Of a stretch of 64,000 nt of DNA, positions 49,481 to 57,857 are shown piece after piece. The notes beneath the pieces were generated by a model. It did no database searches. It was given only the letters and a program-made list of their open reading frames with translations, and was not told where the DNA came from. The position numbers and the translations under genes are program-made. The DNA lies in contig CAWFQK010000004.1 of assembly GCA_963817955.1 (NCBI GenBank), forward strand, positions 64,001-128,000, in the 5' to 3' direction. How positions within the stretch are numbered: position 1 is the first letter of the stretch; the number at the start of each line of letters is the position of its first letter. This DNA is from an uncultured Gemmatimonadaceae bacterium. GTDB taxonomy: Bacteria > Gemmatimonadota > Gemmatimonadetes > Gemmatimonadales > Gemmatimonadaceae.

Positions 49481-50794
49481 ATAAGCCGCGATTATATCGA
49501 CGTCACGCCGCCGGTCGAGCGGGCGCTCCTCGTGGGTGCGCCGCTCAAGCGACCCGGCGCCCGTCGCGTGACCGACGACCATCTCCGCGAGCTGGCCGAG
49601 CTGGCTGATACGGCCGGCGCGGTGGTGATCGGCGAGATGATTCAGCAGATCGACCGCCCGCATCCCGGGACCTATCTCGGTAAGGGAAAGATCGACGAGC
49701 TTCGCCAACGTGTCGTCGACACCGGCGCGACGCTTGTCATTTTCGATGACGAGCTGTCGCCGAGTCAGGGCAAGAACATCGAGGACGCGATCGGCACGCG
49801 TGTCATGGATCGAGCCGAACTCATTCTCGACATCTTCGCGACGCGCGCGCGTACGAGTGAGGCCAAGGTGCAGGTTGAGCTCGCGCAACTCGAGTACATG
49901 CTGCCTCGCCTCACCCGCATGTGGACGCACCTCGAGAAGTTCCGCGGCGGTATCGGCGTGCGCGGACCAGGGGAAACCCAGCTCGAGACGGACCGGCGGC
50001 TGATCGGCCACCGGATCAAGGTGCTGCGCCAGCGACTCCAGGATGTGCAACAAAGCCGGGCCGTCCAGCGCCAGTCGCGCCAATTGGAGTTCAGGGCGTC
50101 GCTCGTCGGCTACACGAACACCGGCAAGTCGTCGATCCTGCGCGCACTGTCGGGGCAGGAGGTGTTCGTCGAAGATCGACTCTTCGCGACGCTCGATCCG
50201 TTGACGCGAGACGTCGATCTGGGGGACCGGGCACACGTGCTGATCACCGATACGGTGGGCTTCATCCGAAAACTGCCCCACCACCTGGTCGCGTCCTTTC
50301 GCGCGACGCTCGAGGAGACACGGGACGCGGATCTCCTCCTCCACGTGATCGACGCCAGCGCCCCGACCTGGGAAGAGCAGCGGCTCGTCGTCGAACAGGT
50401 GCTCGACGATCTCGGGGTGAACGACCGTCCGAAACTGCTTGTGTTCAACAAGATCGACCTCCTTGGCCACGACGCCTTGCTCGCGTTGCAGGAACGCATC
50501 TGCGCGCTCGTGCCCTCGGCGGTGTTCGTGTCGGCAACGGCCGAAGGGGGCCTCGAACCTCTCCGGCGCGCGCTCGCGGCGGCCATGCGGCAGCGCCGTC
50601 CCCTCACGCGCATCAGCATGTCGCCGTCAGACGGAAGGCTGCTCGCTGAGATCCATCGCGACGGCGAAGTGATCGAGCAGCACATGGAAGGCGACTGCCT
50701 CGTCGTCGAGGCCCGGGTCGATGACGCACTCGCCGGCCGCCTGAGGCGTGCCGGCGCCGAAGTAACCAGCAACGGAAAAGCCCCGCGCGAATGA
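49481..50794 (+). CDS. hflX: GTPase HflX (probable ATA start)
   Basis: ELAELADTAG, ILDIFA.RA, QVELAQLEY, RGPGETQLETDRR, GYTNTGKS, DTVGFI, NKID. Confidence 0.95.
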   Translation: MSRDYIDVTPPVERALLVGAPLKRPGARRVTDDHLRELAELADTAGAVVIGEMIQQIDRPHPGTYLGKGKIDELRQRVVDTGATLVIFDDELSPSQGKNIEDAIGTRVMDRAELILDIFATRARTSEAKVQVELAQLEYMLPRLTRMWTHLEKFRGGIGVRGPGETQLETDRRLIGHRIKVLRQRLQDVQQSRAVQRQSRQLEFRASLVGYTNTGKSSILRALSGQEVFVEDRLFATLDPLTRDVDLGDRAHVLITDTVGFIRKLPHHLVASFRATLEETRDADLLLHVIDASAPTWEEQRLVVEQVLDDLGVNDRPKLLVFNKIDLLGHDALLALQERICALVPSAVFVSATAEGGLEPLRRALAAAMRQRRPLTRISMSPSDGRLLAEIHRDGEVIEQHMEGDCLVVEARVDDALAGRLRRAGAEVTSNGKAPRE

Positions 50795-50880
50795 CCTTCG
50801 CGTCGGACATCTTGGCCCTTGCGCTGACCCCCTGTTTTCGGAATTAATATATAGGACTACGCTCGTCGCACGACGAGCGG

Positions 50881-52020
50881 GTGCCGAGAAGCAATCGATC
50901 GCTACCCACAGGGGATGCGAGCGTGGCGAGAAGGGATCGGTCGGCGTGCAGAGGGGATGTCCGCGTGTTCAGGTGGGATCCCCGCCTGCTCAAGGGAATC
51001 CCTCGCGGTCGAGACCGAATTGACGCGTGTGCAGCTGGAATCCCTCGCGGTCGAGACCGAATGAGCGCCGATCGAGCAGGGACTCCGGCGCATCCAGCTC
51101 GCACCAGCCGCTGTTCAGGGCGGAGTCATTCCGGTCAAGAGGGAACACCCCGGTGTCGAGCCCGAATGCCGCTCGCGCTACACCGGACCGTCTCGCGCCA
51201 ACATGCCTCTCCCGCGCATCCACGCCCATCTCATGCGCTTCCACCGACAATCCTCGCCCCGTTCGCTGAGACACTGTGACGTCCACCTGAGATTGTGTCT
51301 CGGTCAGGTCGGAGTCTTTCCGGTTGAGATGGAACCCACGCGCGTCGAGGGGTGACTCGTCCGTGGTGAGATGGCACGGCGCCGGTGCAAGCACGAACCC
51401 CTCGCGTGCAAGCACGAACGCCTCGCGGTCAAGCACGAACCCCTCGCAATCAACATCGGACTCGCGGCCGTGCAGGAGGATTAGCGATTCATCTAGCTCG
51501 TATGCCGGCATGCTCACCACCAACTGCACGCCGTGCCGGAGGGATCGACCGGCGTCACGCGGGGAGTCGTCGCCGTCAACATCAGACTCTCGGGCGTCAA
51601 CGTCAGACTCTCGGCCGTTGAGACCTCTCTCGCGCGATGTCACGAGGGACTCATCCGTGTCGACGTGGAATAGATCCGTGTCAACGTGGAATGGGTCCGC
51701 GTCCACAGGCAATGGCTCGGCGTGCACGACCCAGTCGCTCGCGTTCAGCTGGGATGGCTGACGTAACAGCAGGAATGGCTGACGCAGCCGATCGAACCGT
51801 CTCGTGTGCAGGCGCCACGCCCGATCGTGAAGCTCGCAGGCAATCGTCTCGAGGACGGACTCCCCGCGTGACAGGCAAGACCACCGCTTCTCACGCAGAC
51901 ACCCACCGGTCGGAACGAGGCTCCGACTCTTCCGAACACGAGTCTGTCGGTTCCGACGACCATTCCGTCACTCCCGACGACCATTCCGTCGCGTCCGACG
52001 GCAATCGCGACACGTCTCAC
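50881..52020. repeat. Degenerate 21-bp tandem array (~50 units)
   Basis: Exact 26-bp repeat at 50995/51037 (42 apart); AAGCACGAAC at 51389/51410/51431; ATGGCTGACG at 51755/51776; CCGACGACCATTCCGTC at 51953/51974; heptad periodicity in the ORF-track translations. Confidence 0.8.
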
Positions 52021-52106
52021 GCCGGTTGCTCGCTTTCTACTCCGGCGCGTCCGGCGCTCGCCGTGGTGCAGTTCTTTTTCAGCGCCCTCATGGCCACCTG
52101 AAGGCC

Positions 52107-52613
52107 ATACGAAATACCGTGAAGGCAGTACCTTGGCGACGCTCTGCCGCAGCGCAGATTTTGTCGCGGCACGCCCCGTCTCGTTCGCCGCACCGAACGG
52201 CTCGACGATGCTACGGAAGGCATCGCAGCCGCCGCGAAGATTCGGCTCAAGGCAGTCCCGGACTTGAGCTCGCTGACGACGCCGCGGGATAATGTGTCGA
52301 TGGAGCGGTTGCTCGCTTCGGCGGCCGCGATTGCCGAAGCGCCCGGTGGCACGAGGCTGTGCTGATCGACGGCGGTCTGCCGACCAATCTTATCGCGCAG
52401 CTCGATTCGCAACTCCTGCCGCTCATCGGCACCGACCAGGCTTTGCTCGCCGCTTGGCAGGCCGCCAAGCGCATCCAGCGCAAACCCGCCATCAAGATCG
52501 GGTCTACGACTGCGACGACGCCGTCGCTGGTCATCATCCCACCGTTCCCCACATCACCCGTTACCACACCGCCGGTAACTCCTCCGCCGGCGAGTGAAGT
52601 GCTGGCCGCGTAG
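52107..52613 (+). pseudogene. Decayed gene for an uncharacterised helical protein with a Pro/Thr tail
   Basis: Protein-like blocks in shifting frames: EGSTLATLCR; IAAAAKIRLKAVPDLSSLTTPRDNVSMERLLASAAAIAEA; HEAVLIDGGLPTNLIAQL...DQALLAAWQAAKRIQRKP. Confidence 0.6.
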
Positions 52614-52646
52614 TCCGTAACACCACGAGGTCACAACCCGCAGCAG

Positions 52647-52680
52647 ACGCGAACGGCCGCCCGAGGGCGGCCGTTCGCGT
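52647..52680. terminator. Hairpin between the accessory ORF and convergent tRNAs
   Basis: Perfect inverted repeat ACGCGAACGGCCGCCC-ga-GGGCGGCCGTTCGCGT. Confidence 0.8.
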
Positions 52681-52693
52681 TCCTCCCCAACGA

Positions 52694-52767
52694 TGGTCAC
52701 GCACGGACTCGAACCGTGGACCTCTGCTGTGTGAAAGCAGCGCTCTAACCAGCTGAGCTACGCGACC
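52694..52767 (-). tRNA. tRNA-Val(CAC), CCA not encoded
   Basis: GGTCGCG TAGCTCAGCTGGTTAGAGC G CTGCT-TTCACAC-AGCAG AGGTC CACGG TTCGAGT CCGTG CGTGACC A. Confidence 0.96.
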
Positions 52768-52847
52768 GAGCTTTGAAAAATAGATCACCGGGCTACGTGA
52801 AGGTAGGTGTGGGTGTTTGCCCTGGGCCTGGCCTTCTCGTCCATTAA

Positions 52848-52921
52848 TGGTCCCGGTGGGACTTGAACCCACGACCTGGCGATTATGAGTCGCTCGCTCT
52901 AACCAACTGAGCTACGGGACC
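52848..52921 (-). tRNA. tRNA with CAT anticodon, probably tRNA-Ile2 (lysidine); CCA not encoded
   Basis: GGTCCCG TAGCTCAGTTGGTTAGAGC ..GCGA-CTCATAA-TCGC.. GGTTCAAGTCC; paired 1:72 and no GGG/CCC anticodon stem, so not initiator; anticodon arm like E. coli ileX. Confidence 0.9.
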
Positions 52922-52968
52922 GCTCTTCGTAGTTAGGTGACGACAGCCCGCCGCGCAAGCGTCTGCGA

Positions 52969-53982
52969 TCAGGCCGGCGTGCCGTCCAGCGCGGTCGCCA
53001 TGAACGCGTCGAATGCGTCGATGACTTCGTCCGGCGTGACGGTAGCGGCGCCCAGCTTGCCCACTTCAACGCCCGCCGCGTAGTTGGCGATGATCGCCGA
53101 CTCGGTAGGCGAGCCGCCGGCGGCGAGGGTCAAGGCCAGATACGCCGTCACCGTATCACCTGCTCCGACAACATCATACACCTCGCGCGCCACCGTCGGC
53201 ACGCGTTTGATCTGTCCTCCCGCCGACATCAGGACCATGCCGCGCTCGCCGAGGGTGAGCAGCAAATGATCCACTCCAAGCCGCGCGAGGGTCGTGGGCA
53301 GGGCGGCAGGGTGCTCCAGGTCGACGTCCGCTCCAAGGGCAGCCTCCAGTTCCCGGCGGTTGGGCTTGAAGATCGTGGCACCTCGGTAGAGAAAGAAGTT
53401 GCGGTACTTGGGATCTACGACGATTGGAATCCCGCGATCCCGCGCGATCTGCATCGCTGTTTCGATGACGCGCGGCACCAAGATGCCTTTGTTGTAGTCC
53501 TCGAGAATGAGGGCGTCGGCGGCCGAAACGGCCGTGCGCACGACGGCGAGCAGACGTTCCACATCGTCACCCTCGAGGTCGACGTCTTCTTCCTCGTCGA
53601 CGCGCACCACCTGTTGGGACCGGGCAACGATACGCGTCTTCGTCGTCGTGGGGCGATCGACCGCCACCAGAGATTCCAGGCTGGCGCCGATATCGCGCAG
53701 CATGGCGGAAAGCTGGCGACCGCCAGCATCGTCGCCGATCGCTGCGATCAGGTCGCATGCGGCTCCCACGGCGCGGACGTTCTGCGCCACGTTGCCAGCG
53801 CCTCCGAGCGCATACCGCCGCTCGCGCACGCGGACGACCGGAACCGGGGCTTCCGGCGATATACGGTCGATGTCGCCCCGGAGATATACGTCAAGCATGG
53901 CATCGCCGACAACGGCGACGCGGCGATCTGAGGCGGCGTGGAGCAGGGCCACCAGGCGGTCACGTGAGAGGGAACGGGGCAT
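52969..53982 (-). CDS. rfaE1: D-glycero-D-manno-heptose 7-phosphate kinase (RfaE/HldE domain I only)
   Basis: GDAMLDVY..G...RISPEAPVPV, GGAGNVA, TTTKTR, DYNKG, VDPK, YDVVGAGDTV. Confidence 0.93.
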   Translation of the reverse strand: MPRSLSRDRLVALLHAASDRRVAVVGDAMLDVYLRGDIDRISPEAPVPVVRVRERRYALGGAGNVAQNVRAVGAACDLIAAIGDDAGGRQLSAMLRDIGASLESLVAVDRPTTTKTRIVARSQQVVRVDEEEDVDLEGDDVERLLAVVRTAVSAADALILEDYNKGILVPRVIETAMQIARDRGIPIVVDPKYRNFFLYRGATIFKPNRRELEAALGADVDLEHPAALPTTLARLGVDHLLLTLGERGMVLMSAGGQIKRVPTVAREVYDVVGAGDTVTAYLALTLAAGGSPTESAIIANYAAGVEVGKLGAATVTPDEVIDAFDAFMATALDGTPA

Positions 53983-54103
53983 GGCGGCACAAGCTAGCGG
54001 CTGCCGCGATACGGGGTCAACGGAAAACTGGTTTCTGGGCACAGGCCTTGCGCCTTCCGGGCTCGACCGTCGCATCCCCGGCGAGACTCCCGACCACACA
54101 CGC

Positions 54104-54919
54104 TTGCCCGAAATCCTCACACGGCTCAACGACGCGGCAAAGGCGAAAGTCCGGACCGTTCAGGAGTATTTCGTCCTCGCCGGCAAATCGCTGCGGTTCA
54201 TCTTTGCGCGCCCGTTCTACGCCCAGGACGTGGTGCAGCAAATGGATGAGATCGGCGTCAAATCGCTCGGCATCGTGGTGCTGACGGGACTCTTCACCGG
54301 CATGGTGCTGGCGCTGCAATCGTCGGTGCAGCTCAAGACTTTCGGCGCCACGATGTACATCGGCAACCTCGTCTCCGCCTCGATGATCCGCGAGCTCGGA
54401 CCGGTGCTCGCTGGTCTGATGGTGGCCGGGCGCGTCGGGTCGGGCATTGCCGCACAGCTCGGGTCGATGCGAGTCACCGAGCAGATCGATGCGCTCAACA
54501 CCCTGGGCACCGACCCGATCAAGAAGCTCGTCACGCCGCGGCTACTCGCCGCGCTGATCATGGTTCCGATGCTGACGATCATCAACGATTTCGTCGGGAT
54601 CATCGGTGGCAACATCATCGCGTCGGCGGTCGTCGGTCTGCCCACGTCGCAATACTGGCGTACGGTGTGGACGCAAATCGCATCGGACGGCTTCACCCTG
54701 CGCTATTTCCCGAACGATTTCATACAGGGACTGTCGAAACCGCTGGTGTTCGGCGCGATCATCGCGATCACCGGCTGCTATTTCGGGCTCGGCACCACCG
54801 GCGGGACCGAAGGGGTGGGGCAAAGCACAACCCGAACGGTGGTGACGTCGAGCATTCTCATTCTCATCGTCGACTACTTCATCACCCAGCTCTTGCTCTC
54901 GGTGCTCGCGTATGGCTGA
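54104..54919 (+). CDS. mlaE: MlaE family ABC transporter permease
   Basis: IRELGPVLAGLMVAGRVGSGIAAQLGSMRVTEQIDAL, GGTEGVG; TTG start approximate. Confidence 0.92.
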   Translation: MPEILTRLNDAAKAKVRTVQEYFVLAGKSLRFIFARPFYAQDVVQQMDEIGVKSLGIVVLTGLFTGMVLALQSSVQLKTFGATMYIGNLVSASMIRELGPVLAGLMVAGRVGSGIAAQLGSMRVTEQIDALNTLGTDPIKKLVTPRLLAALIMVPMLTIINDFVGIIGGNIIASAVVGLPTSQYWRTVWTQIASDGFTLRYFPNDFIQGLSKPLVFGAIIAITGCYFGLGTTGGTEGVGQSTTRTVVTSSILILIVDYFITQLLLSVLAYG

Positions 54920-55817
54920 CGACCTGGCGGACAGCGATCGGCGCGAGGGCGACCGCCGCGGCGGAACAGAAGCGGTCAATGGGCGCACGACGGCATCGGT
55001 GCGCAAAGCGATTCGCACGGAACTCGACAAGGACGCGTCGGCGATGCACGGTCGCGCCGCGAGCCGCGAGCGTGGGCCGAACGCGCCGCCGGTGGTCGAG
55101 TTGAAAGACATCTCGTTGGCCTTCGACGTTCCCATTCTCGAGGACATTTCGCTCTCGGTGGGAGAAGGCGAGACGATCGCGATCGTCGGCGAATCGGGGA
55201 CGGGTAAGTCGACGATTCTCAAGCTGATTCTGCGTCTGCTCGTGCCAGACCGCGGGCTCGTGCTGGTCGACGGCGAGGACATCACCAACCTGACGTTCGA
55301 AGAGGCGCTGCGCGTGCGGCAGAAGATGGGAATGGTCTTTCAAGGTGCAGCCCTGTTCGACTCGATGACGGTGTTCGAGAACGTGGCCTATCCGGTGCGG
55401 GAGCACACCGACCTCGGCGAGGAGGAAATCGAGCGCCGGGTGCGTGAGAAGCTGGAATTCGTGGATCTGGAACCCGATCGCGTCATGGACCAGATGCCTT
55501 CAGAGCTCTCAGGCGGCATGCGCAAACGCGTTGGCATTGCGCGGGGAATTGCGAACAATCCTGAAATCATGCTCTACGATGAGCCAACGTCGGGCCTGGA
55601 TCCGTTGACGACCGGAACGATCACCCGGCTGATCACCAAGCTCCAGCGCGAGCTGGGCGTCACCAGCATCGTCGTCTCGCACGACATTCGCTCCGTCTTT
55701 CGCATGGCCAGCAAGGTCGCGCTGCTCTATGACCACCACATCACGTTCTTCGGCACACCGGAAGAAATGACGGGCGCCGACAATACGTACATCCGCGATT
55801 TCCTGGGCGGGATGTAA
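54912..55817 (+). CDS. mlaF: MlaF/Mkl family ABC ATPase
   Basis: GESGTGKS, FQGAALFDSMTV, LSGGMRKRV, YDEPTSGLDP. Confidence 0.92.
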   Translation: MADDLADSDRREGDRRGGTEAVNGRTTASVRKAIRTELDKDASAMHGRAASRERGPNAPPVVELKDISLAFDVPILEDISLSVGEGETIAIVGESGTGKSTILKLILRLLVPDRGLVLVDGEDITNLTFEEALRVRQKMGMVFQGAALFDSMTVFENVAYPVREHTDLGEEEIERRVREKLEFVDLEPDRVMDQMPSELSGGMRKRVGIARGIANNPEIMLYDEPTSGLDPLTTGTITRLITKLQRELGVTSIVVSHDIRSVFRMASKVALLYDHHITFFGTPEEMTGADNTYIRDFLGGM

Positions 55818-55819
55818 TC

Positions 55820-56806
55820 ATGAAACGCTCCTCGTTCATCACGTGGGATCAGCTCAAGGTGGGCGCGGTCATCCTCGCCGCGCTCGCGGTGCTCGCGGTC
55901 GCGATCTACAAGCTCGGTCAGGCGGCCAATCTGTTTTCCCGCCGGTACGAGCTGCTCGCCTACCTCCCGAACGCCAATGGACTCACTGCCGGCGGCACCG
56001 TGTTCATTGCCGGACAATTCGCCGGAACCATCAAGTCCATCGAGTTCATGCCTGTCGATTATGACACGACGCGCAACCTGCGCGTCCGGATGGCCATCGA
56101 TGAGTCGCTGCAGCCGCAAATCCGCCGCGACTCGAAGGCGAAGGTGCGCACACTCGGGTTGCTCGGCGACAAGGTCATCGACATTTCGGTGGGTACGCCG
56201 CGCTACGCCATGCTGAAGAATGATGACACCGTCCCGGTTGCGCCGTCGCTCGACTACGACGCCGTTCTGGCGCAAGCGGCGGGCGCCGTCAATGACATGG
56301 TCGGTCTCACGCACGACCTGCGGCAGATCACCGGCGGCATTACCAGGGGCGAAGGTACCATCGGGCAATTGGTGACGAACCGCGCGCTCTACGATCAGCT
56401 GCTGGGCACCATGGGCCGCGCCAACACGATGATGGCGCAGTTCCAGAATCCGAACGGGACGTTCGCGCACCTGCTGGACGATCCCACGCTGTACAACCGA
56501 TTCGTCTCGGTGCTGACGTCCGCTGACTCCCTTGTACTAGCTCTCAACAACAAGAATGGTACGTTGGGCAAGTTGCTCCGGGACGATACGTTGTACACGC
56601 ACATCGTGAATATGGCAGCCGCGGGGGACTCGCTCATGCGGATGCTGACCAACGGCCAGGGGCTCGCCGGCCGCCTGCTGAACGACCCGACTCTCTACGA
56701 CCGGCTGAACAAGCTGACGACCGATCTCGGGACGATTCTCGACGATGTGCGAAAGGATCCGCACCGGTATTTGCGCGGAATGATCTGCGTGTTGAACTGC
56801 AAGTAG
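55820..56806 (+). CDS. mlaD: MlaD/MCE family protein with helical repeats
   Basis: TM, MCE domain (NGL..G..V..AG, TLGLLGDKVIDI), four G.G....L...LY repeats. Confidence 0.9.
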   Translation: MKRSSFITWDQLKVGAVILAALAVLAVAIYKLGQAANLFSRRYELLAYLPNANGLTAGGTVFIAGQFAGTIKSIEFMPVDYDTTRNLRVRMAIDESLQPQIRRDSKAKVRTLGLLGDKVIDISVGTPRYAMLKNDDTVPVAPSLDYDAVLAQAAGAVNDMVGLTHDLRQITGGITRGEGTIGQLVTNRALYDQLLGTMGRANTMMAQFQNPNGTFAHLLDDPTLYNRFVSVLTSADSLVLALNNKNGTLGKLLRDDTLYTHIVNMAAAGDSLMRMLTNGQGLAGRLLNDPTLYDRLNKLTTDLGTILDDVRKDPHRYLRGMICVLNCK

Positions 56807-56816
56807 CCGCTATGCA

Positions 56817-56845
56817 TTGACGGGTCTGGCGCGCCGGCGTACACT
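56817..56845 (+). promoter_or_regulatory. Sigma70 promoter, likely leaderless
   Basis: TTGACG-17nt-TACACT, ATG 8 nt downstream, no SD. Confidence 0.7.
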
Positions 56846-56853
56846 CCCGCGCC

Positions 56854-57750
56854 ATGCCTGCCTCTCTCGTATTGTGTCTGGCGCTGATCGGCATCTCGTT
56901 CGCCGGACCGCTCGTCCGCCTCTCGCACGCTCATCCACTGGCGATCGCGATCTGGCGGCTCGGGTTCTCTCTCGTCATCATCGTCATCGCGCTGTTGGTC
57001 ACGGGGACGTGGCGGCAGTGGAGGCGCCTCGATCGTACGGGCACGTTCGTCGCCGTTGGCGCTGGCGGCATGCTTGCGCTGCATTTCTGGAGTTGGAATA
57101 CCTCGATCGGTCTGACGACAGTCGCGGCTTCGGTCGTTCTGGTGAACATGCAGCCCGCACTGGTGGCGCTGTTGTCTGCCGGGTGGCTCCGTGAGCCGCC
57201 GAGCCCTGGACAATGGACCGGAATCGGGATTGCCATGCTCGGGGCGCTCGTCGTCGCCCTGCCCGATCTGCTGACATCTCAGGGTGGCGCCACCGGACGC
57301 GCGCTGCTCGGCGACGGCCTGGCGTTGGCCGGAGCGGCCACAGCGGCGTGCTACTTTGTCGCCGGCAGACGGCTTCGTTCGACGCTGGACATTTGGCCGT
57401 ACGTCGCCGTCGTCTACGGTACATGCTTTGTGGTGTTGCTCGTGCTCGCAGCGATCGTGCACGCGCCCGTTCTGCGACAGCCTCCCCGCGAAATGGGGAT
57501 ATTTCTTGCGCTCGCGGTCGGGCCGATGCTGTTCGGACACACGGGGCTGAACTGGGCACTCAAGTATCTGCCCGCCTATGTGGTGAATCTCACACTGCTC
57601 GGTGAGCCCGTCGGCGCGACCATTCTTGCGGCGGTCCTTCCGGGTATTCGCGAGGTGCCGGGCGTTTCGGCGCTGATCGGTGGCGCCCTCATCCTGGCGG
57701 GCATCTACGTCACGGCCCGCCTGGCTCGGCCCGTGGCCGCCTCGGCTTGA
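56854..57750 (+). CDS. DMT/EamA family transporter
   Basis: About 10 TM segments; LALHF..W..S, GDGLAL.GA, GHT.LNWAL, EPVGA. Confidence 0.9.
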   Translation: MPASLVLCLALIGISFAGPLVRLSHAHPLAIAIWRLGFSLVIIVIALLVTGTWRQWRRLDRTGTFVAVGAGGMLALHFWSWNTSIGLTTVAASVVLVNMQPALVALLSAGWLREPPSPGQWTGIGIAMLGALVVALPDLLTSQGGATGRALLGDGLALAGAATAACYFVAGRRLRSTLDIWPYVAVVYGTCFVVLLVLAAIVHAPVLRQPPREMGIFLALAVGPMLFGHTGLNWALKYLPAYVVNLTLLGEPVGATILAAVLPGIREVPGVSALIGGALILAGIYVTARLARPVAASA

Positions 57751-57857
57751 TCGCCGAGTGCGCTCTCTGCCACGCTCCGATTAGATTTCGTAGCAGTAGT
57801 CAGAATCGATCCGTCGACCTGGCAGCGTCTCACGAATTGCGGACGGCTACCCACCAG

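Noticed and set aside
50990..51727. 245-aa minus-strand ORF as a real gene
   Set aside because: It starts and ends inside the array, has no evident RBS, and equally repetitive ORFs occur in other frames; kept only as an alternative explanation of the array
50881..52020. CRISPR array
   Set aside because: No constant repeat alternating with unique spacers, the period is only 21 nt, and no cas genes are present
50795..52693. Integrative element or prophage at tRNA-Val
   Set aside because: No integrase or transposase and no duplicated tRNA 3' end seen at the left boundary
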